64,000 nt of DNA from NCBI RefSeq assembly GCF_000143415.4, contig NW_003314270.1, positions 2,635,668-2,699,667 on the forward strand, given 5' to 3'. Below the pieces are notes generated by a model, which was given only the letters and a program-made list of their open reading frames with translations, did no database searches and had not been told where the DNA came from. A program made the position numbers and the translations under genes. Of this stretch, positions 51,556 to 63,248 are shown piece after piece. This stretch comes from Selaginella moellendorffii. Its lineage: Eukaryota; Plantae; Lycopodiophyta. How positions within the stretch are numbered: position 1 is the first letter of the stretch; every line of letters begins with the position of its first letter.

Positions 51556-53269
51556 ATGGTCGCGGCAGCAATGCCGGATCTTCAGGCTGCGGTCGACGAT
51601 TTCGTCATCAAGCTCAAGCGCAGGTGTGAGAATCATCCTTTCTTTCGTTTGATTCATTTCCTGGTGGAATCCTCATGGCTTAATGGCTGGCGCATTTGCT
51701 TCTCGCTCACCTGATTTTGTTCTTCGATGATCAGACAAGTGGAGGGGTCTCTGGCCACCGCAAAATCGACTGTGCTGCTACTTAGGCAAGTGGTTTCGCA
51801 CCAAAGAATTCCCTCGTCCGGCCCAGCTTCGAGCCTGATTGATGCTGTCAAGTCTGTGGGATCGCGCTTGATAGCAGCCAACCCCATGGGTCAGTGTGTT
51901 GTTTTCTACCTCTTCTTTTCTCAGTTTTCTTTTTTTCTTGCAGAGCTTGCTGTCGGTAACATGGTTCGTCGAGTTCTACACATAATTCGCGAAGAAGAAG
52001 CCACGATTGTTGCGGCTCAAGTTGGAGTTACTCCCGTGTCCGACAGTGATGACGATGCGGACGTCCATGGTGTTCCTGGACTTTCGGCTGTTGCTCTGGC
52101 AGCTGCAAATAGAACTGCTCTGAGAGCTCCTTCGCTTCACAATCTGCTGGAATCACTTCCAACTTCTGCCGGAGCTAACGTGGAACCTGTGCCCGAGTCC
52201 GATACCAAAAGCAGATGTAAGTGTTTTTATTTCACTTGCAATCGCTGCTGATGTTTGTAGTTTTTGTGCAGCGAGTGACAAGAACTCTAAGAGCTGGAAG
52301 CTGAAGCACGGTGTAATCGACGCCATTGGTCTCCTTCTTGGCGAAATCGAGAACTATCATTCGGAGATTTCAGAGCAAGCGCTGGAGCATATACACCAAA
52401 AGCAAGTCCTTACTTTCTCTGGCCTTGACGTGTAAATGTTCTCTGCTCGTCCGTTACAGCGAGGTGATCCTCACGCTTGGACGATCAAGGTCACTGCTTC
52501 ACTTTTTTCGAGAGGCGAAGAAGAAAAGATCGTTTCAGGTTTTTGTAGCTGAAGGAGCTCCAAGGTAACTTAATCTACATTCTGGCATATACATTTACTG
52601 ATTCCAGAGGCAGGTACCAAGGACATAAATTCGCCAAAGAGCTTGCTGCAATGGAGCTACAAACAACAGTTATCACAGACTCTGCTGTGTTTGCATTGAT
52701 CTCTCGCGTCAATATGGTAAACGTTGGAGCGTATCCTGTAGATACTGGAAGCTGAGAATTTTCTCTGGAAGGTTATTGTAGGCGCTCATGCTGTTATGGC
52801 CAATGGTGGGATAGTCGCCCCGGTTGGCATGCATATGGTGGCTCTCGCAGCTCGTCGTCACGCGGTTCCTTTCGTGGTTCTCACAGGTCTCCACAAGGTG
52901 AGCGAGAAACTCACTACATGTATATCCTAACGTTCTGCCTACGCGATCCAGCTCTGTCCATTGTACCCACACAATCCATCGGTTGTACTGAACGAGCTAA
53001 AGTCGCCTTCGCAAGTTTTGGATTTCGGAGAGATGTCCGACTGTCTGGATGGCACCGACGGCTCTCCAGTTCATGTGGTGAATCCCATGTTCGACTACGT
53101 GCCGCCAGAACTCATCAGCCTGTTCATCACCGACTCGTAAGTTTCCATGAGTTGTTTGATCTGTGAACTGATTCGAGTCACACATTACTTTTTTTTTTGC
53201 AGTGGTGGCCACAATCCATCCTATGTGTATAGGCTCGTAGCGGAGATTTACAGCCCTGAGGATCACTAA
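51556..53269 (+). CDS. Translation initiation factor eIF2B beta subunit, multi-exon (one GC-AG intron at ~52402)
   Basis: MPDLQAAVDDFVIKLKRR, QVEGSLATAK, ELAVGNMVRRVLHIIREE, EVILTLG, VFVAEGAPRYQG, KLCPLYP, VVNPMFDYVPPELISLFITD. Confidence 0.95.
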
Positions 53270-53445
53270 GTAGGAGAAGCGCGAGAAGACGAAGTTTGTG
53301 AAGGTTTGGATCATTTCCTCTACAGATGTTTTATCTTATGAGAGCTGTGCTATTTGACACAGCTATTTTTCTCAAGAGGCACTCCCGAATACCATACAAA
53401 GCTCTAGCTTTTTTTTGGATTATAAGGTGGATCTCATGCATCTTC

Positions 53446-55497
53446 ATGGAAAGAAGCCAATGCGTGGAGCTCATCGAGAGTTGCAAGAGCTTCACAGCAG
53501 CGCAGGAGCTCCACAAAAAACTGCGCAACTCGATTCGCTCCACCGATTATTTTCTGTGCAACAAGCTCATCCAGATGCACACGCGCTGCGGCACAGTGAG
53601 GCAGGCCCGCGAGATCTTCGACAGCCTCTCAACCAAGCGGGCCTTCTCCTGGAATCTCATGCTCTCCGCCTACGCCCGGAATGGCCGCCTGGAGGAAGCG
53701 CAGGACCTCTTCGACGCGATGCCGGAACCGGAGCTAGTGACCTGGAACACCATGCTCTCGGGGTATGCCCAAAGTGGGCATCTCCGCAGAGCCCAAGAGA
53801 TCTTCGACTCCATGCCGTGCAAAGACATCGTTTCCTGGAACGCCATCCTCGCTGCGTACACCCAGAACGGGAATCTCGACGAAACCGAGGCTCTTTTCGA
53901 TCGCATTCCTTCACCCAATCTCGTGTCTTGCAACTCGATTCTGGCAGCATATGCCCACAGCGGGCATCCCTCTAAAGCTAAGAAAGTTTTTGACACAATG
54001 CCACTTCAGGACTTGATCTCCTGGAATGCTTTGTTAACTGGATTTGCGCAAGGTGGTGAAACGGGTGAGGCTGAGAAAGTCTTCCTAGCGATGCCGCAAA
54101 GAGACATAATCTCTTGGAATGCAATCATCACAGCGCATGCCCAAACTGGGCATATTGAGCGTGCGAGAGATGCCTTTGATCGGATGCCAGAACACGATCT
54201 AATCTCGTGCACGGCTTTATTGGGCGGGTTTTCTCAGAGCGGCGACTTGGAAGCCACAAAGAGACTGTTTGATTTGATGCCACAGCGTGATTCCGTTGCC
54301 TGGACTGCAATGCTTGCAGCATATGCCCATAACCGGCATCTTGCAAGAGCAAAGGAAATGTTTGATGAGATGCCAGTCAGGGACCGAGTATCTTGGAACG
54401 CCATGGTCTCGGCATATGCCCAAAACGGGCATCTCAAAGATGCACAGAGTATGCTTGACCAGATGCCGTGTGGCGATGCCGTGTCCTGGAGCACGATGCT
54501 CGGCGCATACGCTGCTGCTGGTGACGTGGCCAAGGCGGAGGGGATATTCAAGAAAATGCCACAGCAGAGCCTTGTGGCGTGCAACGCGATGCTGTCGGCA
54601 TATGCCCATTACGGGCATCTTGAAGATGCCAAGCACGTGTTTGAGTATATGCCCAGGCAGGACCTTGTATCGTGGAACGCAATGCTGTGCGCATATGCCG
54701 CAAACGGGCATCTAGAAGAGGCTAAAAGCATTTTTGTAAAAATGCCTCAGCAAGATGTGGTGTCGTACACCGCCATGTTGGCTGTCTTTGTACAGCATGG
54801 GCATGTAGAAGAGGCCAAGTACATCTTCGATACAATGCCTCAAAGGGACCAAGTCTCGTGGAACGCAATGCTTGCGGCATATTCCCAGTCGCGGCATTTG
54901 GAGTATGCACTTCAGTTATTCCACGGGATGCCACAGCGTGATTCCGTGTCTTGGAATACAATGGTGTTCGCATACTCACAGGCCGGTCACCTGGAATGTG
55001 CGTGGAAACTTTTCAATGCAATGCCTGAACGAAATGTGATATCGTGGAGCTCAGTATTGGCTGCGTATGCCCAGAACGGGCATACCCGCGAGGCTTTTCA
55101 ATTGTTTGATAGCATGAAAGTAGAAACCATACCGGATGAGATTTGCTTTATTCTTGTGCTGATCGCAACAAGCAGAGCTGGGAAAGTTTATGACGCAAGG
55201 ACTCGCTTCGTTTCCATGGTATATGATTTTAGAATAAGAGCTTTGAAGCAGCACTACTGCTGTCTTCTGGACGTGATTGCGAGAGCCGGATACCTTCACG
55301 AAGCCGAGGATCTTATCACAAGTATGCCTTTTGTTCCAAAGGTTTTGGAGTGGACATGCTTGCTTGCGGCCTGCAAGAGTTACAACGATCTTGAGAGAGG
55401 AGCCAGGATGACAAGCCGAGCTGTGGAGTCCGACCCCAGCAATGGATCTGTCTACGTGCTGCTTGCCAACACTTACTATGGAGGGGTCAATGCGTGA
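53446..55497 (+). CDS. PLS-class PPR protein with E domain, no DYW
   Basis: Long tandem run of ~31-aa motifs (FD.MP.RD.VSWNAML.AYA..GH), then HYCCLLDVIARAG..EAEDLI..MPF and YVLLANTY. The ORF is open from 53326; the start is uncertain. Confidence 0.95.
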   Translation: MERSQCVELIESCKSFTAAQELHKKLRNSIRSTDYFLCNKLIQMHTRCGTVRQAREIFDSLSTKRAFSWNLMLSAYARNGRLEEAQDLFDAMPEPELVTWNTMLSGYAQSGHLRRAQEIFDSMPCKDIVSWNAILAAYTQNGNLDETEALFDRIPSPNLVSCNSILAAYAHSGHPSKAKKVFDTMPLQDLISWNALLTGFAQGGETGEAEKVFLAMPQRDIISWNAIITAHAQTGHIERARDAFDRMPEHDLISCTALLGGFSQSGDLEATKRLFDLMPQRDSVAWTAMLAAYAHNRHLARAKEMFDEMPVRDRVSWNAMVSAYAQNGHLKDAQSMLDQMPCGDAVSWSTMLGAYAAAGDVAKAEGIFKKMPQQSLVACNAMLSAYAHYGHLEDAKHVFEYMPRQDLVSWNAMLCAYAANGHLEEAKSIFVKMPQQDVVSYTAMLAVFVQHGHVEEAKYIFDTMPQRDQVSWNAMLAAYSQSRHLEYALQLFHGMPQRDSVSWNTMVFAYSQAGHLECAWKLFNAMPERNVISWSSVLAAYAQNGHTREAFQLFDSMKVETIPDEICFILVLIATSRAGKVYDARTRFVSMVYDFRIRALKQHYCCLLDVIARAGYLHEAEDLITSMPFVPKVLEWTCLLAACKSYNDLERGARMTSRAVESDPSNGSVYVLLANTYYGGVNA

Positions 55498-56293
55498 GCG
55501 ACATGAGTGGAACTGTAATTGAGCATCTAAGATCGCTGGACTCTGGGTAGTCGGCTCGCATCTTAGATCTCAACTGTGAGAGGATATCCATTTTTTTCTG
55601 ACAACGAACTTCTTTTCTATTATAGAATGTTCGCAATGATCCATCCATTCTTTTCCTTGTTGCTGTTGTTCTGTAGACTTTTCTAAGAGGTTTATTGATG
55701 CGACTACAGACTTAGTATATAACATACCCTTTCTCTACTGTGCTTCTGTCAACATTTGATTTGTATGGGATTCAAATTTTGTTACAAGCACAGAAAGGTG
55801 AATACATGATATTTACATATTTACTGAAGATCAGTAAAAATCTATGGTATAATATTTGGAATATATAATTTACTCATTCTTAAATAGCACACCTTTGATG
55901 TTATAAGATATATATACATATGTATAAACACAACTATTATATGGTGTATAGATATAGATATATAAGGATAACAAATACAATTAGGATTATCCTAGTGCAC
56001 TAGGACATATTACATAGATATACACTATTAGAACTCTAATAATTTCTACTTTAATTAGTACAGAATTAAACTAAACTAAAAGTGATTACATGTTTTTTAT
56101 TTTTATGTTTATTGATTTTTTATATAGCAATTAACAAGGAATAGTAAAGAAAAATAATTTCTTTATATAAAGTACTAACTTTTTTTAGCTTTTAAATATT
56201 TTATAAACTTCCTTATAATTATAATATTTTAAGACTAGAAACCTTAGTAGAAAGTTTCAATTAAAGAAGCTAAAATATATAATTTCAATAGTT

Positions 56294-57192
56294 ATGAATT
56301 TATCTAAAACTTCATTAAACATGAAAATCTTAACCATCTTTATATTTAGTGTAAATATCTTATATAGTATATATTGTTTTATTCCTAAAGGAACTGTTTT
56401 ATGGGGCAGAAATAACACTTTAAATGAAGAAGAAATTGAAAATGTCTTAACTCAAATAAATAATCTTATATCAGAAATAATAACAACAAGATATTATCCA
56501 CATGATTATGAAAATTTTTTATCTTTTGATTTTTTACGAGGTGTTATTGTTACACAAATTGAACGTATACCAAATAATTATCAACATTGTTTAATTAGAA
56601 ATAAAATTTTTGTAAATGGAGCCTCACTTTCTAGAAGTTTACATAATTTATTAAATATATATAAGAATGATATAATAAATACTCGTTCAAATTCTTGTCA
56701 AATTAATGGTTATACATATCAAATTCGATACTCTTTCTTTTTTATAAAAATTTATTAAACTCATACTTATTTGATAATAAAATAGCTATAAAAGATACAT
56801 GCCTAACAACCTTAAATGCTGGATTTGAAAATAATATTCTTTATACAGGGCAATTTTTAAGATCTACAAATGGAAAAAACATATTATTAATTGAATCAAA
56901 TTGTAAAGTTTCATTATATTCTGGAAAAAATACTTTATGGAGATCAAATATTAATGAAACTTACTATGGTTTGTGCTTTCTAAAAGTTCAGATTGATGGT
57001 AATCTTGTACTATATACAAAAACAAATAGAGTAATGTGGTCTATTAATCAATACTGTTCTAGTAGTCCAAATTGCTTTTTATTTACTTATATTAAATTGG
57101 AAGATAATTGTAATTTGGTATCTTATATAATACATAGTAGAAACGTTTGGTGGACTACCAATATAATTGATAAAACTGGATGTTTAAATTAA
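56294..57192 (+). CDS. Secreted protein: signal peptide + unknown ~110-aa domain + bulb-type (GNA/B) lectin domain; predicted exons 56294-56708 and 56786-57192
   Basis: A 77-nt GT-AG intron (56709-56785) joins the two ORFs in frame (~273 aa). Lectin-like LYTGQFLRS.NG, LWRSN, LKVQIDGNLVLY..VMWS, LEDNCNLVSY..VWWTT. Confidence 0.75.
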
Positions 57193-59307
57193 CAATATAT
57201 TTGTTTTAAGCTATCAATAAACTTAATAATGACTTTTATTAACTTTTGGTTTTCTTGGGTGTAAAATTTTCCTAGAATATATAAGTACATTCTTTTCTCT
57301 AATTCTTTTCTACTCAATTTTTATCACTAATTTTCTCTATTTACCATATTTAACTCTGTAATTAAATTGTTAAATATTCTTGTTAAGAATTAGAAGTAAA
57401 ACATTACAATTTTACTACCTTTCTGGATAGACTTAGAAACATACCTTTAACTTTCTTCTATGCTTCTATACATGTATCATAGTAAGTTTCAAGACTCTCA
57501 TATCTGGATCACTTCAAACCTCCAAGAAGTACCCTGAAAAGCTTCTCTATAGTGGTAATAAGTGCAACAAAGTGGGATGATTGAGAGAAGTGGATGGAAA
57601 ATTAAATGCCAAAAGTCATAAGGCTTGGTTCCATGTGTCCCTCTAGAGGAAGTTTTTTAAGGGGGGAAACTTTTAACCCCTTGTTCCATGCACCCCACCA
57701 GTGACATGGTAGTGGAAATGGGAGGAAGGGGGGAATTGGGTGTCCTCTTTGAAAATTTCTCCAGGTGCCTGGAACCTGGTAGAACAAGTCAATAAAATAG
57801 TGCTATGTGTAAAAATAATAATCATTACTTAAAAAAGACAAAATGAATTTAGCTGAGTTGGCAAAAACTATATTATCATGTGGCATTTTCAAGGGTGGGT
57901 TACATATAACCTTAAGATTTTAGAAGAGGGGAGTTTTTTTTTCTAGGGTGGAGAAATTTCCAGGTGGGGGACATATGGAAACCAATAGTTGAATTATGCC
58001 AAAACACTAAAACTCTACAATAAATAAAGTGTATTGCATTGGAGAAAGTCCTCATAGTACCAAAGAGAAAGATGAAAGATGGAACAGTTGGACGAATAAG
58101 CAATGTTGTGGAGAATGAATAATGAAGAAAAATAGGACTGTGAAAAGCGTGTAGATGGTGAAAAGAGAGGGTTGAAAGAGATGTGAAAAAAATTGATGAA
58201 TGTAGCAAAACTTGGGAAAACTTGAGCTTTTAGATGATCAAGATTACCTAAACAAGAGATTGCTTCACAATGAACCTATGACTTCAGATTTGAAAGTAAG
58301 ACAAAGAAAGAAAAAAAAAAGAGAAAAGAAAGTGGGGAAGAAGTCATTGCAGTAGAGATGGCAGTGAGATGATGTGTCATGAGGATGTAGAGGGCTGGAA
58401 GCTCTAACACAAGACATGCTGGATGTCTTCTGTCATTCTAGATGCCAAAGTCAGGAACTTGCACCAATATTCTAAACTCTGTGATGTTTAGGTCACACAA
58501 AGCCGAAAGCTGTGTTGTAAGGGTTGCAAGCTGAGTGGAAAACTCTAAGTTGAGATCCCTTACCCATGCAGTGTAGGAGATGGTGCAAAGAGTCTTGGAG
58601 ATCTGAGAGTCAGCCGAAACACTTGCTTTCACCACCTTTGTCACTATGAAGCTGTGGAAACAGCAAACTGCTCTAAACAGGTGAAGTTGTGCCATGGCCA
58701 TGCAAGCTGTGCAGTGCAGCACAGATTCACAAAGCCGGCAGTAAAACCTTGACTGGTAAACCTAGTGGGTGAAATTGCTTTAATGTTGAATTTATATTAT
58801 TTTAAGGGCTGAGATTAAAGGCAGTATTTTGGGTTTATAATCTAATAAAAATGTTACTAATAGAATCAGTAAAGTCAAACAATTCTCTATGTCTTTAATT
58901 ATAATGGTTTTATGAGGAGAGAAGGTCTTTCATGTTGCAAAGGTAACCACATGACATCTATGACAAAGGCCTTTAATGTTTTTGCAAAATAATAAGATTC
59001 TAAATTAGATTATAAAATCAAAAATAAAAAAGTATAAGACTAATTTTTCTATGAACTTTATAGTTGATTTAATTAATTCTAACTCCCTGGAGACTTGGCT
59101 CTCTAAGCCCCCATATGTTAAAGGAATTTAAAAATTAATTATTGGGTTTGTAGTGTTTTCCCTCTATTTTAAAAACTAGCTCTCATATTTAAAACTAAAA
59201 AATAATTAAACTTTATTTTCAATTTTTTTATTCATTAATATTCTATTTTATACAAAATTGATGTAATATCCAGAAAAAATGGAAATGTACTATGAGACAT
59301 CTAGAGC

Positions 59308-59312
<5 letters not shown>

Positions 59313-59361
<49 letters not shown>
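59313..59361. repeat. (TA)24 microsatellite
   Basis: Seen directly. Confidence 0.95.
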
Positions 59362-59365
<4 letters not shown>

Positions 59366-60757
59366 TTTATAAATGAAAATGTTTCTATTGTGTCTCTAGA
59401 AGATCCATAAAAATTATAGTTTAGATATGATAGAATTTCATTTAAAATGATTTTAATATTATTTACTTAAATCCTTTATATAAATATAAATATGTATATA
59501 CATATACATACATACATATATGGCCAATTATAAAAAAACCTTGCAATAATATTTATAAAGAGTTTCATAATTGTGACAGTGTGGCTCACCAAGTATATGG
59601 TATTATTTGACCACTCTTTAGACACTTATTGGTGTCAATGATGCTGTGTAAGTAGATGCCCTAATACTTTAGCTTGCAATACAGTGTAAAAAAGTTATGT
59701 CAAGACCATATATTCAATGTGCTAAGGGAAATTTACTGTCAATATATTAGAGTTTCATAGATGACTGCATGCTGAAACCATATGAGGAATCAACTTTGCA
59801 AAACTCACTCTAGGCAACTATGAGTTAATGCAACTCTTATCACTCTCTAATCCATTTTATATCCTGTGTATATTTGTTTGCCCATAATCCCCCATATCAC
59901 ACATTATAAGAAAAGCTCCTCAAGTGAACCATAGAAACACTCTTGAGAGGATACATCTCTTCCCAACCTATAATTTTAAGATACCAATGCAATGTGCATC
60001 AATCCATCCCTCAATTTAACACTCACCATACAAAAACTTCTTTATTTGTTACAAAACCATTCAATTACAAAGTGTTTTTTATTACCCTCAATGCCCTGTG
60101 ATGGCAAACTCAACTTGTGTTTAAAATTTAGCTTGTATACTGAAAAATGTTATGCCTACAAAGTCTAAACCCTATTGTTGATGTGTCAAAAAAGCTGATG
60201 TGAAATTAGAACTTATACACTGAAAAATTGTATATGTGGCATTCATTTGGACTTTACTATGCATATGACTATATTCTATCTATAGAAAAATCATTGTGTT
60301 GACATATATGTGTATAACAATTCAAATACAAATTTGTGTTAATTTTATATATCTTACAAACTTTTACATTTTTTTACAAGGCTGCCCACCTGAGTTACTC
60401 CTACCAAAACCTACCATCACAAATCTCAAAATTTATATTGGTGGATTTCAAATAGGAGGAAAGGTCCTCTATATTTGGTCCTTTACAAATTGCCTTTTGA
60501 GTTTTTTTTTTTAGTTCTTTTTAATTCATTATACTTTTTTGCAAGTTTATGCTTTTGTGAATGAAATTTAAAAACTTTGAAAGCATTATTCTTTTGTCAC
60601 TCTACCCTTTGGGTCAAGTTAACCAAACCAGATTAGATTGCTAAATGTTAATCTCAATATATAATATAATTTTCAAGCTAATAAATAAAATCACTTACTC
60701 TGGTATCTATCTATTTATCTAAGATATGGAGAGCTCTAGGCTAGAGCATTCTACACA

Positions 60758-61300
60758 ATGGGGCAAATGGCCTCCTCTGGAATTATGATCTTCTTGATCA
60801 TCCTGGCATTAGCGACATCAGCATCGTCCTCCAAGGTATAGATTCCATTTTCTTATCGATGCTTTGAATCTTGTGAAGTTGTGAAACAGTGAAAGACCTA
60901 CACCTTCCAAGGCCAGTCCCTATTTACGGACACGGGGATCAACCAAACCGAGTTCTACGTTCTTCCCAAAGACAACGCTGGTAGACCGGATCAATGCAGA
61001 CATTCGCAGCCCCATTCTCGGTCTCCACCAAGGGCTATACCAGGTTATCCATGGGACATACATGGGAATCCTTGCAAACACCGGCCTGGGAGCTTCCAGT
61101 CCTCGCATTGCTCATTTGCTGATGGTAGCAGCCTCGAGTTTCAAGGCGAGGCCGGGAGCTCGACCGCTGGATCTCAAGCTCTCTTCGCCATCGTTGGTGG
61201 CACCAGAAGATTTGAAGGAGCCACGGGCACAGCGAAAGAAACAAGCAAAGGAAACAATCTCTATGTCGTGGAATTCATCGCAAAAGTCTGCAAGTCTTGA
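60758..61300 (+). pseudogene. Dirigent-like secreted protein gene, disrupted or compensated by frameshifts
   Basis: Exon 1 (60758-60835) is a signal peptide MGQMASSGIMIFLIILALATSASSSK. The C-terminus reads FADGSSLEFQG..LFAIVGGTRRFEGATG..LYVVEF. The middle dirigent-like segment (SPILGLHQGLY) is in a different frame. Confidence 0.65.
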
Positions 61301-61379
61301 TCATAACTCAATCTAGTTTGATCAAGACTTAAAGGCAGTTCCCTTTAGGTCACGCTAATAATCGTTGTTTAATCTCGCC

Positions 61380-62276
61380 ATGACTGTGTGGAGAGCGGTC
61401 GAGACTGGTGAGTTGGTTGTGAGCGAGGAGCTGTCGTCGTTGAGGAAGATGTACGATGTGGGTTTTGAGCTTGGAAAGGGAGGGCAAGGCACTGTACACC
61501 TTGTAAGCTTTAGAATGGGTGGTAAGTTGCTAGCGGCTAAGAGCTTCGAGAGGTCGGGTGAGAGAGAGAAGGAAATCATGCTCAAACTCAATGGCTGCCA
61601 TGGTACACTAGAGATCTACGACATGGTCGAGGAGGAGCGCAAGGGCCGCTGGTGGGGATCCCTAATCTTGGAGCTCTGCTCGTGCACTCTCCGGGACAGG
61701 CTAAAGATGGTGGGGAGGCTGGCGGATGACGAGGCGGCGTTTGTGACCAAGAGCCTGGCCGAGACGCTGAGGGAGATGCACAACCTTGGGGTGGTGCACA
61801 GGGATATGAAGCTGGAAAACGTTTTGCTGACGCATCCAGCGCAACCTTACGAGGTGAAGCTGTCTGACTTTGGGGTTGCGACTGACCGGGCCGACGAGAT
61901 GCACCACCTTTGTGGCACCCCTGGGTATATGTCGCCAGATGTTCTCAGGGCTGGTGAGGGCGGATGGCCGAAATACTACACTCAAGCGGTGGACGTTTGG
62001 GGGCTCGGACTCATTCTATATGAGCTCCTTAGCGGAAGGGTGGCGTTCCCTGAATACCACTCTGATTATGTGGAGTTATTGCTGAAAAGCGTGGACAATG
62101 TGGAGTTCGCATTGGATTGGAGTGATGTGTCGAGCGAGGCAAAGGATTTGATCATGGGGATGTTGGAGGTTTATCCGAGCCGGAGGCTGACGGTGGAGCA
62201 AGTGCTTGGTCACCCCTGGATCGTGAACAACACCAGCGAGCTGTTTACCAGGAACTTGATTTGCAAGATTATGTAA
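61380..62276 (+). CDS. Intronless minimal Ser/Thr kinase (CAMK group, PPCK-like architecture)
   Basis: LGKGGQGTV, AAK, VVHRDMKLEN, KLSDFG, CGTPGYMSPD, VDVWGLG, RRLTVEQVLGHPW; no regulatory domains. Confidence 0.92.
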   Translation: MTVWRAVETGELVVSEELSSLRKMYDVGFELGKGGQGTVHLVSFRMGGKLLAAKSFERSGEREKEIMLKLNGCHGTLEIYDMVEEERKGRWWGSLILELCSCTLRDRLKMVGRLADDEAAFVTKSLAETLREMHNLGVVHRDMKLENVLLTHPAQPYEVKLSDFGVATDRADEMHHLCGTPGYMSPDVLRAGEGGWPKYYTQAVDVWGLGLILYELLSGRVAFPEYHSDYVELLLKSVDNVEFALDWSDVSSEAKDLIMGMLEVYPSRRLTVEQVLGHPWIVNNTSELFTRNLICKIM

Positions 62277-62613
62277 GAACAAGACACAAAGAAACTGTTT
62301 GTAGGTTATCGGATCCCCATGTAAAATCAAGTGACACTTGCCATTTTGCAGAGATTTGTTTCCGGTTGCTATTCATGTAGCAAAATGCCAGAATCAGTTT
62401 GACTTGTAAGAACAAAACAATACATATGATTATTTGTGGCAAGTCGTGGCAAGTCGCTTATCGTGCGGCAAATACCGATTCAAGGCATTCCACGGAATCT
62501 AAAGAATATATAGTGTGTTTTGCTGGTCGATCAAGGCCATGTGATCCATCTTAGCACTCCCATCATCCCGCTCAACAAAATCGGCAGCTTGCAGGGGAAG
62601 GACTTTGAGTTTA

Positions 62614-63150
62614 ATGGAAGAAGCGGGAAAGATTGCAGAAGCTAATGCTGCCCCCAACAAAGAAGCATTGAAGTTTGCCAAATTGCTGATTACGCCTTTC
62701 ACTTTTGTGGCTTCTACATGCCTCCAGTCAGGAATCTCCCTCATCAAAGAGAATGCCACACCAGTGGAAAAGGGGCGTTGCTTCCACTTCCTTCTCGCTT
62801 CAGCCATCTCAGCATTTGGATTGGCATGGTGTCTAATAGCATTTCTTGATAACGATCAGGGAAAAGCTCTAGAGGCCAAAAGGCTCATGCTCTCTATGTG
62901 GATGATCTTCTTTGCGAGCTTGTCCGTGATGATGACACCACTCTTTTTCAGCCTCCTCTATGTTGTCTACGACTTTAGTGACGCGAAGGCATCGTGGTCG
63001 ACCATGGGTGCGTGTGTTCTCGTCGGCATTCTAATCCTCGTTGGTTCCTACGTGAAAAGGCTGATGAGAATTCCTCTGAGGGGCACTTATATCACGTTCG
63101 TGATCATCATCGCTGCTAATTCGTATGGTTACACCCTATACAAGAAGTGA
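62614..63150 (+). CDS. Uncharacterised multi-pass membrane protein
   Basis: Intronless ORF with about 5 hydrophobic segments; no family recognised. Confidence 0.6.
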   Translation: MEEAGKIAEANAAPNKEALKFAKLLITPFTFVASTCLQSGISLIKENATPVEKGRCFHFLLASAISAFGLAWCLIAFLDNDQGKALEAKRLMLSMWMIFFASLSVMMTPLFFSLLYVVYDFSDAKASWSTMGACVLVGILILVGSYVKRLMRIPLRGTYITFVIIIAANSYGYTLYKK

Positions 63151-63248
63151 AGAAAGAACACAAGAATTTCATTTCGTGTGGTAAATCGCCTACAAAAGAA
63201 AATCCAAAAGCCTTTGTTTGTTGTTACTTGTGAGAGCTAGCAAGCAGA

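Noticed and set aside
42940-55299. Many antisense or alternative-frame ORFs over the GRX, GRAS and PPR genes
   Set aside because: Expected shadow ORFs of GC-rich coding sequence.
58438-58760. GC-richer minus-strand ORF in the AT-rich island
   Set aside because: No recognisable motif, start or splice structure; a gene fragment cannot be supported.
59290-59400. Imperfect inverted repeat around the (TA)n tract as a possible MITE
   Set aside because: Arms are short (~20 bp) and mismatched; no TSD identified.
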